Of a stretch of DNA of 64,000 nt, positions 39,320 through 51,655 are shown piece by piece (within the stretch, counting starts at the first letter, position 1; each line of letters starts with the position of its first letter). Source of the stretch: Entomortierella parvispora E1425 (Eukaryota > Fungi > Mortierellomycota); contig BQFW01000008.1 of NCBI GenBank assembly GCA_020891255.1, positions 1,860,001 to 1,924,000 on the forward strand. Reading direction: 5' to 3'. Both the position numbers and the translations under genes were made by a program. The notes below the pieces were generated by a model, which was not told the DNA's origin, made no database searches, and worked only from the letters and a program-made list of their open reading frames with translations.

Positions 39320-39726
39320 GACCTCTTTTCATTGCCGAAATAAACCCTTTTTGACTACCCCTAGGCTTTGACCAACCTTTGGACTGATACTTGTTGGGTG
39401 TACTCCAAATAAAACGGCTGTCCATGACGACGGACAGAATCACACCGTTGTCATTCAGTACCAATGAAAAGAAAAAAAGGCCGACGGTTTTGAGACATCT
39501 TTTTCTGGCTTCTCCGCCCCTGATCACAGCAAGGCCGCCGCTGGATATTTGCTTCGAGTCAAAAATGATGCAGCGCAAGCGGGCCGTGAACCTCACCGAA
39601 ACGGTCTTCCACGCCGTTATTTTTAACGCGCTGTGTGTCGGACCCACCACCGTCATTAGCGACGCCAAGAACGAACGACGGCAGCACCGTGATCAATTAT
39701 AGACATACAGCCCATGACGCGGTGGA

Positions 39727-39727
39727 A

Positions 39728-39759
<32 letters not shown>

Positions 39760-39775
39760 TGTGTGTGTGTGTGTG
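39727..39775. repeat. Compound (GA)n(GT)n microsatellite
   Basis: Seen directly. Confidence 0.9.
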
Positions 39776-40406
39776 AATGAATAAATGAAACGATAGAAGT
39801 GCCCTTCTCGTCTACCATCTAGAGAATACCAGTACATACAATAGTCTAATGCAACGCACCGTGTCTGTTCGCCTAGAAATAGGTGAGGGCGACTAAAAGT
39901 TTTACTGTGGTTGCTTTTACATTTGGAGAATCACGAACCATGGAATGTTCTGCTCGGCCACTCTAGTTTCTGACTCTGGATTTGTTCCCCCTTCTCTCAC
40001 GCAGGCGTATCGATGCCACATTCGACCGCACCCTTGTCCACGCCGTCCACTTGCAGCGGAGGTACGCTTGGTAAGGGGCACCTTTAAAGCTAAGGAAGAG
40101 ACACGCCCCCACGCCCCCTGGCTATTTCCAGGATCGAGGCTCTCGGCTCACAGACACTGCAAGATGCAAAACCGTTAAATACCCGGTAAACACCCCTGGC
40201 CGTTGTCCGTTCTCCATCGTTGTTCCCTTTGCCAACTCAACTCTATACCCTTCCTTCTTTCCTCGCTCCTTTCTTTCTTCCCTTCTTTCTGCTTTCCTGT
40301 TCCTCCAGCCCTTCCCCCCTCTCCTTCCCTTACTACCGTTTACGCCCACACACACACACACACTCGCATACACACTCGCATACACACTCGCATACACATA
40401 TACATC

Positions 40407-41468
40407 ATGAAGATTGCCGCTTTCCTTTCCTGCTCTGCCTTGTTCATGGCCACTTTGGCCTCAGCTGTTGCCCCTGATGACCCCAACAAGATTGACACCT
40501 GCGTGATGCCCGGTGTCGTCGCTTATACCTTTGATGATGGCCCTGGAGCATACAATGACCAGCTTTTGGCCATTTTGGCCAAGAAGAACGTCAAGGCCAC
40601 TTTCTTTGTCCTGTAAGGATCCCAATTTTTCTTCTTCTATTGTAATTCGCGCCTTCCAGTGGCAGCTGTTTCGCTGTCTTGCATTCACCCCTTTCTAACG
40701 CCTCTCCTTCCTTCTCCCCACCTTGTCTTATTTTATTTTTATGTGCCCCACAGTGGAGAGATGATTGACGAGAACGCAGCTCAGGCTGGTGCTTTGAAGA
40801 AGATGTTGGATGCCGGCCATCAATTGGCCTCGCACACCTACTCTCACAGCAACTTGGACAACATGACTGATGAGAAGAGAGAGCAGGAGATGACCTCTAC
40901 CTCTGACCTCATCTTCAAGCATGCTGGTGTCCGCCCACGCTACATGCGCGCCCCGGAGGGCAGTTGTGCAGAGGCCTGCACTAAGTTTATGACCTCCAAG
41001 GGCTTGGTGATCTCCCACTGGAACGTGGACACCAACGACTGGCGCTTCACGGGCGAGGACCCCCAGGTGGCGACTGAGAACTCAATGAAGGCGATCGACG
41101 ATGTGGTGATTGCAAAGTCGGACCCCAAGACCGATTCCTTCATCTTGTTGCAGCACGAGATCCACAAGTTCTCGGTCGATTTCTTGGCTGACCGTGTCAT
41201 TGACGCCATCTTGAAGAAGGGTTACCGCTTCGTGACCATGGAGGAGTGTGTGGGCGAGAAGGCTTACTTGGATGGATCTGTCCTCCCCTCTGCCTCCACC
41301 AGTGCCTCGGTGTCTGGAGGTGCCACCTCTTCTCCCACTGCCACCGTCTCTGGCACTGGTGTGCCTGACAAGAGCAAGGATGTCAACAGCGCCGGCACTG
41401 CTGTCATGGCTGGATGGACTACCACTTTGGCCTTGGGCGCAGCCGCCCTCTGCATGTCCATGCTCTAA
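40407..41468 (+). CDS. Secreted, probably GPI-anchored chitin/polysaccharide deacetylase (CE4, NodB domain)
   Basis: Signal peptide MKIAAFLSCSALFMATLASA; TFDDGP, KATFFV, HTYSH, RYMRAP, WNVDTNDW, LQHE; Ser/Thr linker and hydrophobic C-terminus; one intron. Confidence 0.92.
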
Positions 41469-42779
41469 AGCCGCGTCCAACAAACATTCCTCAACATATA
41501 AACCGACAACGCCACCATCAACAACAACAACAACATCACTACTTCTCATTTCTCCTCAGACATTGACATGATCCCTTCCCAAACGCAATTTTAGAGAAGC
41601 AGAGGCCACCTCTACCTACCATCTATCGTATTTATTAGACACACCCCATTAAAATATATGTAATTCGGCTTCTTTTGACCCTGCATGGAGAAAACGTTCA
41701 CGGACCTTTTTTTTTTTTTTTTTTTTTTTCGATAGCAATTGATCAGAAGAAAAAACGTGCGTGGGGTGTGGGAAAACGCTTGGTCTTTGCGACTGAGCTG
41801 AAAGATCCAAACGAGCGCCAGGGCAGACAGAGAGGAGTGGTGCTCTCATCTTTTTTTTATCGGTTTATCCTTCCTCCAATCCGTGGTTTTCTTTGGACTT
41901 TGGTCTTTTGTTGCGAACAACAGGCGCCCATAGCGAGAAGGAAAAAAAGAGTGTGTCTCAACAAAAAAACCGGATTCGGATTCTTGCATGAAAAACAAGC
42001 GGCACGAGATTTCTGTCTCTCAAAAACAAACAATTGTGTTTTCATAATGATGACGACCGTGATGGGAGTTGGCGATGATACTGGAGTAAAAAAGAGATAA
42101 ACAAGCGAATCAAACGAGGTCAAGGTCATCCAAGGAACAACCTCAAGAGGGAACCGCAATCGGCCACCAAACCACCAAAAACAGGGCCTTGTTGTCTCAA
42201 CTCAGTCAGGTTCATGTACCTGAAAAAGGTACATCTCTGTTGAGGATGACAACACGACCTCGGGGTGGATCTGAATCCGGGCCAGTCCTGGCTGTTGGGG
42301 CCGTTTTTTATCGCTTGGGCCCGTTCGGGGCCTGACGAGATCAGGCGGATAGAACCAGAAAGAAGGAAAGAAGCGCGCTCCAGTGTCCACTCTTGTTTAT
42401 GCAAAAAAGAAAAAGAAGCTGAGCTGGCTGAGCTGAGCTGAGAGTGAAGGAGCCCTTGAGCAAAAGGAGTGGAGTGAGGGAGTGGAGTCAATGAGCAAAG
42501 ACACCCAGCCAGTCAAACAGGCGGACAGATCGGTGCCAATGGATCGCGCAACCGCACCGGCTGGCATTTGCTCAGATGGTGCTAAGCTAAGCATGGTCTG
42601 TTTGTGTCCATCTGTTCTGTCGATGGTTCATATCTCTTCCGGCAGTTTCTGGACATCCTTTTTTTTTTCTCTTCTTTTTCTCGTCTCTCTTTTCTCTTTT
42701 CTCTTCTTGTCCTTCAATCCCATCCCATCCTCACTCACCCACTCTCTCTCTCACCTACCCACTCTCACGAAAAAGACCA

Positions 42780-44888
42780 ATGGAAGAGAAAAAGAAATCC
42801 ACCATCGGCAAGGCCTTCTCGCGCACCTTCAGTCGCAAGCCCGCCGCCCCTGCTGCCGCCCCTGCCCCCACGGCCGCCGTCGCCCCCCCTGTTGCCGTCG
42901 GTGCCCCTGTCAAGGCCGACGTTGCACCCACCTCCACCAGCAAAAATGGCGTCCTCTCGCCCATCTCCATTCCCACGCCCAACATGACCTCCATCTCGCC
43001 ACCCGATTCAACCAACATCTCTCGCGTCGCCTCGCCCACCCACGACAATATGGTGCCCCAGTCGCCCCAGAGTAACTCAATGCACCTTCGCGACTCAACC
43101 GCACTCTCCAACTCGAGCAGCACGGGCAGCCGATTGGGTCTTGAGGAAGGCGTGGCTGCCGACGGAGGATTGAACCCAGCCGATATCCTGTTGAACCGCC
43201 TGGTGGCGTTCAGGGCCGTGGTCAAGAACCTGCAGCAGTACTTTACAGAGGTGGCTCAGGTCGAGGTTGGAGTCAGCAAGGCCATGCACAAGGCCTCGGG
43301 CGTGATCACGGTCCCGTTCAAGGACGGACAGCAGTTCTTGGGCAAGGGAGGCTTGCAAGATGTCTGCACAGGAATCCGGGATTCGGCAAAGACCCGGAGC
43401 GATCAGCATGCGAGTGCGGCCCGGTTTGTGGAGGAGACCGTGGTCAAGAACCTGCGACGATTGAAGCAGGACATCAAGGCCAAGATCAAGGCCTTGAAGG
43501 CCGACACCAACCTGTACAGCAACCGTGTCTTCAAGGAACGCGAGCTCACTCAGGAGAAGATCGCCAGTCTCGCCAAGGCTATTGGATTGTTTGACATGTC
43601 GGGTCAGCACCAGCCAGACATGGAGAAGGTGCAATCGGATCCCTATGTCATCAACCTGGGTAAGTTTTCATCATTGGATCTGAGAAGAGAATAAGGAAGA
43701 AAAAAAGAGCGCGATGCCATCAAGAAACTCGTTACTGTTTAATAACCTGTTCTTTGTTTTCACTCCAACAGCATTGAAGCGCCAATTGGCCAAGCAGGTC
43801 AATGAAGAGAACCTGTTTGCACGCGCATTGAAGCAGTGCCAGGAGCAGATCGCCACCTTTGAGGCCCATGTTGTCCGCGATCTGAAGCAGATCCTCGGTT
43901 CCTTTGCCGAGTACCAGCTCACAAACGCCGGCACGTCGTTCACTCAGTCTTGGGGTACCACCGATCTGGCCCTGAATGTCCTCCAGGAGGACAGTGAATG
44001 GAACAACTTTTTGGAGAAAAACGGCCATCGCCTGTTCCCATCGGAGCTGGTGGATGCCAACCCTGAGGATCTGGACTACCCTTGCAAGGATAGCCCCTAT
44101 GTGCACCCTCTCAAGACTGCCCATCTCAGCCGTCAGTCGTCTGTTCTTAAGAACTGGAAGGATGGCTACTTTGTTTTGACCTTGTCAGGATGGCTCCATG
44201 TCTTTGCCTCGGCTGATCTCGAGAAGGACCCCGTCCCCGACCATTCGATCTACATCCCCACAGCCATCTTGGGACCCCACACTGAAGTTGGCCAGAAGCA
44301 ACACGTCTTCTCGCTGGACGGCAAAGGAAAGGGCGGACTCTTGCATCGCGATGCTCAGACCTTCACGTAAGCTTTCCTTTATCGATCTGTTTGTTGTTCT
44401 TTGCGAGTGTATCTAAGCACATCCCTCTAATCATAAATCCTTCGACTCTCTTGTCATTCCACAGTCTTCGTGCCCATTCAAGAGAAGAGATGATCGAGTG
44501 GTGGAGTGAAGTCTCCAAGCGTGCTCAGTCCACCACCTTCACCCAGCCTGGTGACGGCAGCCTGGACGCCATCTCCCGCTCTGGATCCGTGGTGCGCTCT
44601 TCATCCGTGATTGCGCCCAAATCACCAGAGCTTCAACATACCCAGGAACCTTCGCCTCCCTACGTCTCCCAGGAATTGCATGCAGCCTCGCCTGTTGTGG
44701 CTGCGGCTGTTCCTCATTCTGAGGCATCGACCGCTCCCGCCTCTCCTGTTCTGGAGCTCCTCCACACAGGCTCCTCGTCCTCGTTGGCTCATGCTGAGCC
44801 CTCCGCACCTGCTCCTGCTCCTGCTCCTGCAGCTGCAGTCCCTGTTGCAGCCCCTGCTCCAGCCCCCGTTGATGCTGCCGCTCCCTAA
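42780..44888 (+). CDS. Slm1/Slm2-like BAR/coiled-coil + PH domain protein
   Basis: DILLNRLVAFRAVVKNLQQYF, DPYVINL|ALKRQL, PH domain HLSRQSSVLKNWKDGYFVLTLSGWLHVF, LRAHSREEMIEWW. Confidence 0.85.
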
Positions 44889-45115
44889 ATAACCAACAAC
44901 CTGTATGCTTTCAACAAAGGCGACCACTAAATAATGGACAAGCGCCGGTCTGTAGATATTGTAATAAAAAAACGTCTAAATAGTAGTCTCTCTTTTTCAA
45001 GATGAGATCGGGGCAAGGCGGAGCTAATCGACGGAGCAGCATCGATAATGGACATGCTCGGTAAATGGCGGATGTAATGTGGGAAAGTTGATCCGTTATT
45101 TTATGCACTCTATCA

Positions 45116-46150
45116 TCATCTCCTGTTCTTCCATTGTGCGACCAGGGCCGGGAGTTCAGCGAGAGAGCCGAGTTGATAATCGACAGCAGGAACTTGGACA
45201 GTCTTCTTTTCCAAGGCCCCAGTCTTGTCATTCTGGATGTACTGAACTTGATCCACCATCAGCTCGTTGCCTGTCCGATCCTTGGTTGAGATCTGAACAG
45301 TGATGGCGCCCAAGACCTTGGCCCAGGCCAGGATCGACTCTTTGTCATCGACAACCAGCGCCTCGTGGGCCGGGACCCCACAGTCCTCAAAGATCAACTC
45401 GTAGAATCGAGTCGACGCCTTGTGGCAATTGATCAGATCTGGTCCGTAGAGCTTTGTAAAGATCGGGTGGAGGTCCTCTTCCTCTTCGGCCTCGAGCGTC
45501 AGGTCCGAGATGGCTCGGATTCCCAAGGTGCGAAATGTCAGCTTCAGATCCGTGGAGGATTCACCAGAGCAGGTAAAGAGCTCAAAGTGTAGCTTCTGCT
45601 TGAGCGCCAGAATGGCCTCAACGGCCCCAGGGTAATCGGCTCGGACCCGGCCCACACAATGGTCGTGTGCTGCCTTCGCGATCGCAATCTGTTCCTCCTC
45701 AGACTCTGGCAGCACAATCTTTTTGTGAACAGGGGTCACACCGCTCGTAGCATCTTGGCCTTCTTTTGCGTGTTCATTTGCCTTCTCCTCCGCTTCTTCA
45801 ATGTACTGGTTCACCAGGTCCACAGACCTTTGGATCCAATGGAGGCGATACAATCGATCAAGCTCTTCGTGGTCCTTGGCCTGAGCCATCAGTCGATCAA
45901 AGCCCTTGTCGACAAACAGATCGTGAGACATCTTCTTGTTGGCGCGGCCCCAAAGGAGACCGGGGCCTTGGAGGACGGTCGTGGGCATATACTCAGTGAG
46001 GTACTGGATCCATTGTGGTCCTCGGGTGTCGTTGCAATTGATTACCCCACCACTGTCGAGGAAGATGGCCCGGGGAATAGGGTGATTGGGAAATTGAACA
46101 GTGTGGTTCTTTTCTTTGTTGATAGAAAGAGGGGAAGTAGGAATAGTCAT
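45116..46150 (-). CDS. HAD-like hydrolase, single exon
   Basis: Motif I AIFLDSGGVIN, motif II FTCSG, HKASTRFYELIF, motif IV LVVDDK. Confidence 0.8.
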   Translation of the reverse strand: MTIPTSPLSINKEKNHTVQFPNHPIPRAIFLDSGGVINCNDTRGPQWIQYLTEYMPTTVLQGPGLLWGRANKKMSHDLFVDKGFDRLMAQAKDHEELDRLYRLHWIQRSVDLVNQYIEEAEEKANEHAKEGQDATSGVTPVHKKIVLPESEEEQIAIAKAAHDHCVGRVRADYPGAVEAILALKQKLHFELFTCSGESSTDLKLTFRTLGIRAISDLTLEAEEEEDLHPIFTKLYGPDLINCHKASTRFYELIFEDCGVPAHEALVVDDKESILAWAKVLGAITVQISTKDRTGNELMVDQVQYIQNDKTGALEKKTVQVPAVDYQLGSLAELPALVAQWKNRR

Positions 46151-46480
46151 GGTATTGAGTGCAATGAACTAGTTCTTTTTGTTTTTTCTCTTAAGAATGC
46201 CTGTTTTTAGCAAGGAGAGGGATCAACGGGAGGGGGAGGGAGAGAAAAAATACATAGGGACAAAGAGAGCTTTTATGGGAGGGACGACTGGCGAAATCGA
46301 TACGGCTGTGCGTCTCCGCAGCAGACAGAGGGCTCTCTGGCCATCCTTTGGGTTGCCAATTGTGATTTCCCTAGAAGCAGGCACAAAACAGCGGCGCATC
46401 CATGTCGTTGTATCGTTTACAACGTTTATTATTTTCATTTTTTCCCCCTTCATCAATGCCACTCAAGGCATCTATTTTCT

Positions 46481-48585
46481 TTAGGACATCCATGAGGCAT
46501 TCTCTTGGGGGACCCATTTGGTGGTGACTTTGCGCCGCAAAGAAAAGAATTCCACTCCACCATCTCCTGTGATATCACAATGGCTTCCAAATCGACTCTT
46601 GTTCCATCCACCAAACGAGAAGGGTTCTCGAGGCACTGCAACGCCGATACTAGATGAATTAACAAAGAAAGAAAGTTGTTAATTGACGACCTTCCAGATT
46701 ATCGTTTTCTGGAAGAAAAAAAAAAGAAAAAACTTACTTCACACCACACATGCCAGCGCTGAACCGTTTGATGAAATGATCAGCTGTCGCGCCAGAACTT
46801 GTATAAATACAGGCCGCATTGCCATAGGGGTTGGCATTCTCAATAGCCAAGGCTTCTTCAGCACTCTGGACTGCCAAGATCGACAGCACTGGTCCAAAGA
46901 TCTCATCGTGCAGCGCCGCATCGGCCTTGTTCGTATGAAGGATCACCGTCGGACCCACCCAGTAGCCCTCATGATGGGCTTTTGTCCAAGGACGACCATC
47001 GACCAAAATCTTGGCTCCTGAGGCCTCAGCTTCATTGATGTATCGAGTAATCTTGTCCACAGAAGCTTGATCGATCACTGGTCCCACCTCTCCAGCCTTG
47101 CTGCCAGGCTTTAAAGACTCTGATTTTGCTACAATCTTGTCTACAAGCTCCTGTTGATGGCCAATGGTCAGGAGCACGGTGGCGGCCATACAACGTTGTC
47201 CACTGCAACCACTGTACGAGTTGACAACATCTGTCGATGTCATCTCTACACTGCAATCAGGAGCAGAGATCATGTGGTTCTAGGTGAAATGCAATTGAAA
47301 ACTGGCATGTCAGTTGGTGCGCTCTGAAAAAGAAAAAAAAAAGGGGGGTGGGACGTGACTGGACGAGCGATCAAAGGAGGAGGATTATCGCATTTGCGAC
47401 AGTGAAAAGAAAAAGGAGGGGGGAGAGTAAAGATATCTTACCTTTGCTCCTCCAAGTGCGAGAACTCGTTTGTTCAATCGATGGCATCGCTGGGACACCA
47501 TTTCGGCAATATGGGAGGTTCCCACAAAAGTGACAGCCTTCACATCTGGATGGTCGATCAATGCATTCACAGCTTTTTTTTTGTCGCGAAAATCAAAAAA
47601 AGGGGGTGAGTTGAAAAGGCAATAATTTTTCTTTGCTTTCCCACGGCATCTGGTCAAAACATTGCAACGTCATACAAAAATAATACGTTCCCCCCTTCTT
47701 GAACAACAACACTCACCATCTGCTGTGCCATGGACAAGGTTGACGACACCGTCTGGAAGACCAGCTTCCTTGAGTAACTCGACAATCTTACACATTGTGA
47801 ATGGGACCTTTTCGCTAGGCTTGAGAACCATCGTGTTGCCTAAAGTAGAACCATCAGATGTTATCTTTCATGAGTCACCTCCGTCCTGTCCTCCGTCCTG
47901 TCCTCCGCGCTTTCCCATTGTTTTCTCCCAGAGCACTCTGCTTTCATTTACCCATGGCAATAGCAATAGGGAGCGTCCACATGGGCACCATGACGGGAAA
48001 GTTGAAGGGTACGACTGAGGCGACAACACCCAGGGCTAATAACCAAAAAGAAAAGAGAGACAGTAAGGGTTAGAGACAATACAGTGCTCAAGTTTAGTTC
48101 AGCCCTTGGGAAGGCGCATAAAAAAGTCGGGACATACGAACGCGGGTGTCGCAGCAACTGATGCCTCGGGAGACCTCGAGCATTTTCCCTTGAACAACCT
48201 GAGGCAATGAAAGTGCGTACTCAACAGTCTCCTGACCCTTGAGGACACTGGCTAGGGCCTCTGCCTTGTTCTTGCCATGTTCCAAGACGACCATGTCGGC
48301 GAGCTGGTCTGCGTGTTTGGTCAACAGGGCGTGGAAGCGAAGCAAGATAGCAGCTCGGTCCTTGATGGTGCGGGAGGACCAAGCAGGGAAGGCAGCATGA
48401 GCAGCTCCAACCGCCTGGGTCACATCCAGAGAGGTCGAGATGGGAACGTGGCCGATGACTTTGCCGTTGTAAGGACTGGTGACGGGTAGGTATGCGGTAG
48501 TAGGCGAGTCCGTTGTGGCCGAAACTGGATTAGTGAACTCGCCGTTAATCCAGTTGCGAAGGCGTGGCTGCTCTTGAGTAAACAT
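46481..48585 (-). CDS. ALDH6A1: Methylmalonate/malonate-semialdehyde dehydrogenase (acylating), ALDH6A1/MmsA family
   Basis: [36 protein letters not shown]|[48 protein letters not shown]; stop at 46481; start could lie further upstream. Confidence 0.92.
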
Positions 48586-48990
48586 GGTATTTGTTATTTT
48601 GTTGGATACAAAGAGAAATGGAAGGAGAAAGTGAGGATGGGAGGAGAAGAAAAGGAAAGAAAGAAAAGAAAGGAAACAAGAACAAGGAGACACCCTGCAC
48701 GCGGACATGCTGGCACTCGGTCCACGCGACCAACGCGCGCTGCGACTGGTGAGGCAAGAGGCAGTCACAGAGCTGATGCTGGGACAGGAACAGGGGGACT
48801 TTGCGGTGATGTGGGTGTGCACTGCTGTGTTTGTGCGTGTGTGCGTGTGCTGTGGGAAAGTGTGCTCAGGTGTGAAAGAGCAACGAACGGAGAAGAGACA
48901 ACTCAAAAGAAAAAAAGAGCTTCTTTCACTCACTCACTCTCTCTCTCTCTCTCTTCTCTTCAACAATACCCTTCTATTTCCCACGCCGAC

Positions 48991-50405
48991 ATGCATCCTT
49001 CCTTTGGTCGCATCCTTCCTCGTGCTGTGGCCACAGGTGCTCAGTCTTTCACCCGCACATTCGCCCGCTCTGCAGTTGGCAGACAATGCAGACTCGCATC
49101 TCTCTCATTGGCCCCGCGGACGGGAATGAACCTCTTGTCATTGCAGTCATCGTCCAATGTTCACTTCATCCATAGCGCGGCAAGCGACAGCAAGGACTCC
49201 AAGCCATTCAACCATAACATGGGAAGCCGCCTCCAAGGCAAGAACGTTCTTATGTAGGTATCCGACCTCTTTGTCAAATTTTTTGTAGTTGAATGTCTTG
49301 TTGGCGTCAAAACCAACACCGAGACATTAACACCAAATTCCCTCGATCATCTCAGTACCGGAGCATCCTCCGGCATTGGTGAAGCCTGTGCTCGACATTT
49401 TGCTCAAGCAGGATCCAATTTGGTAATCGCCTATGCGCCCTCCTATCGAAGAATCAAATGAACAGCAGGAGACTCATGGATGGTTCTTTCATTGTAGATC
49501 CTGGCTGCGCGTCGAAAGGAGCGATTGGAAACACTGAAGCAGGATCTAGAGACTAGGCATCCTGGCATTCAGATCAGGACCTTTGAGCTTGACGTCCGAG
49601 CCCGAGCCAAAGTTCAGGAGACAGCCGCCAAGTTTGGCGACGTGGATGTGTTGATTAACAATGCAGGTAAGCGAGAAAGAAGGAGTTGCAGGGGGTGCAG
49701 GAGTTGAAAAATAGCCTAAAGATATAATTGAACAAGAGTCTAATGGCAGCGCTTTTCAACGAAGGACTTGTGATTGGACTCGACAAGCTGGAAGACATCT
49801 CTGAAGAAGCTATGGACACCATGATCGACACCAACGTTAAAGGACTCGTACATGTCACGCAATCTGTCCTTCCAGGGATGAGAAAGAGAAACAAAGGCCA
49901 TGTTATCAACATTGGGTCTGTTGCCGGTCACCAAGCGTACGGGAATGGGTCGATCTATTGCGCGTCCAAGGCAGCGGTGGCATCCATTACTAAAGCACTG
50001 TTGTTCGAGACCATTGACACGGCGATCCGTATTTCAGAGATTAATCCAGGTACAGACCTTTTTGATGTTGATGATGTTGAAGCGTATCATAAATACTGTC
50101 AGCGGAAGGTGTGCCCATGAAAAAGAGAATCGATTACAACATTAGCGTAGCGCTAACCTTTGCCTCTCCATTTTTATTTTTTTGTTCGTCCAGGAATGGT
50201 CGAGACAGAATTCTCGGTTGTCCGCTTCCGGGGCGACAAGGATAAGGCAGACTCGGTTTACAAGGGACTGCAACCACTGGATGGGAATGACATTGCCGAG
50301 ACAGTGGTGTTCGTCGCAGGCAGACCAGACCACGTCAACATTGCGGAGATGCTCGTCTTCCCCACAAATCAGGCAGCGGCAACGACCGTGTATCGTAAAC
50401 CATGA
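48991..50405 (+). CDS. NADP-dependent 3-hydroxy acid dehydrogenase (SDR, YdfG/YMR226C-like) with a mitochondrial-presequence-like N-terminus
   Basis: [54 protein letters not shown]...DIAE; R/S/A-rich, acid-poor N-terminus. Confidence 0.9.
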
Positions 50406-51199
50406 AGAATCGATACATGTTGGCCCTATTTTGTAGAAATCAAATCCCGCATTCAATAAAAAGAGCCCTATTCAATTCTTTTGGACGCACAAATCGCATG
50501 TAAGATGTGGGGAAGAGGCGGCTTTTGGCCAGAAAACTGATTTCAACGAAAAAAAATTGACAGACATTTTTGTTCTCACTGTCTTCCGCACCCCTCTGGA
50601 TTTCTATAGCGATGATGTTTTTCAATGGTGCCTTTCGAGCAATAATCCTGTAGAGGGCACTAAATGCTATAATCAAAAGGAGTTAGAGGTCTCTATGTCC
50701 TATAACGCGCGAGATATTCATCTCTAAAGCTCACCCTCTTCATAATTTTTTTTCTTTTTTTTTTTTTTTCTTGCGCGTTATATCCAAAGCCATTGAAAGT
50801 TGCCATGGCTCTTTTTTGGACTCTACTGTCAAGAAAAACATGGGATCACTCCATTCCTTCAGTATCGATGTATGTTCCTAAAACAGTTTTGTAGAAAAGA
50901 TGGCCGCAAGAAGGCACGCGTGAAATAGGAATTGAAAGAAAAAAATTTCGTGAAAAAAAATAGAAGAAAAAAAATACCTCCCGAAAATTTTTGGACCGCA
51001 TCCAAGCCAAGTTCACATCACCGATGCAATAACTTGCAGTCCTCATAGCTACCTCATTTCTTCATACATATCAATGCTTTTCTACGACAGGGTAGCCAGA
51101 TATGATAAGAACCCAACTGTGAAGAATGAGATTACCTTTGTTATTAAAAGCTAGAGTGGCAACGGCTAGTTTCTTCGCCTTTTACGTGCTGGAACTATC

Positions 51200-51355
51200 T
51201 CCTCCTCCTCCTCCTCCTCCTCCTCCTCCTCCTCCTCCTCCTCCTCCTCCTCCTCCTCCTCCTCCTCCTCCTCCTCCTCCTCCTCCTCCTCCTCCTCCTC
51301 CTCCTCCTCCTCCTCCTCCTCCTCCTCCTCCTCCTCCTCCTCCTCCTCCTCCTCC
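51200..51355 (+). repeat. Pure (TCC)52 tract at the left end of element copy 2
   Basis: Counted directly: 156 bp. Confidence 0.97.
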
Positions 51356-51618
51356 TGCTCCTCCCGTTCCTCTTGCTCCTCTTCTTATTCCCCAGCAACG
51401 CTGCTGCTCCCATTAACGTCTTTCGCTCTTATTTTTTAACATTGCGGATAGACTTGTAGGTCTGTGAGTAGAATGCAGAGTCTCTTTTGGATGACCCTTA
51501 TTCATGCTTTCTTCTTTCTTTTGCAACATGTAGTGCTCGTTGCTGATACCGGATCTCAGCGATTTTAGCGTGCCATAATTGGACTAATAATAGTCTAACA
51601 ATTTTAAATAATAAAAAT

Positions 51619-51655
51619 TATAAATACGAGGTCTCAAAGCTAGAATAAATATAAG
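51619..51655 (+). promoter_or_regulatory. TATA-like boxes of the element's internal promoter
   Basis: TATAAATA at 51619-51626 and TATAAG at 51650-51655 in an AT-rich patch, followed by a CT-rich tract; ~600 bp upstream of the ATG. Confidence 0.4.
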
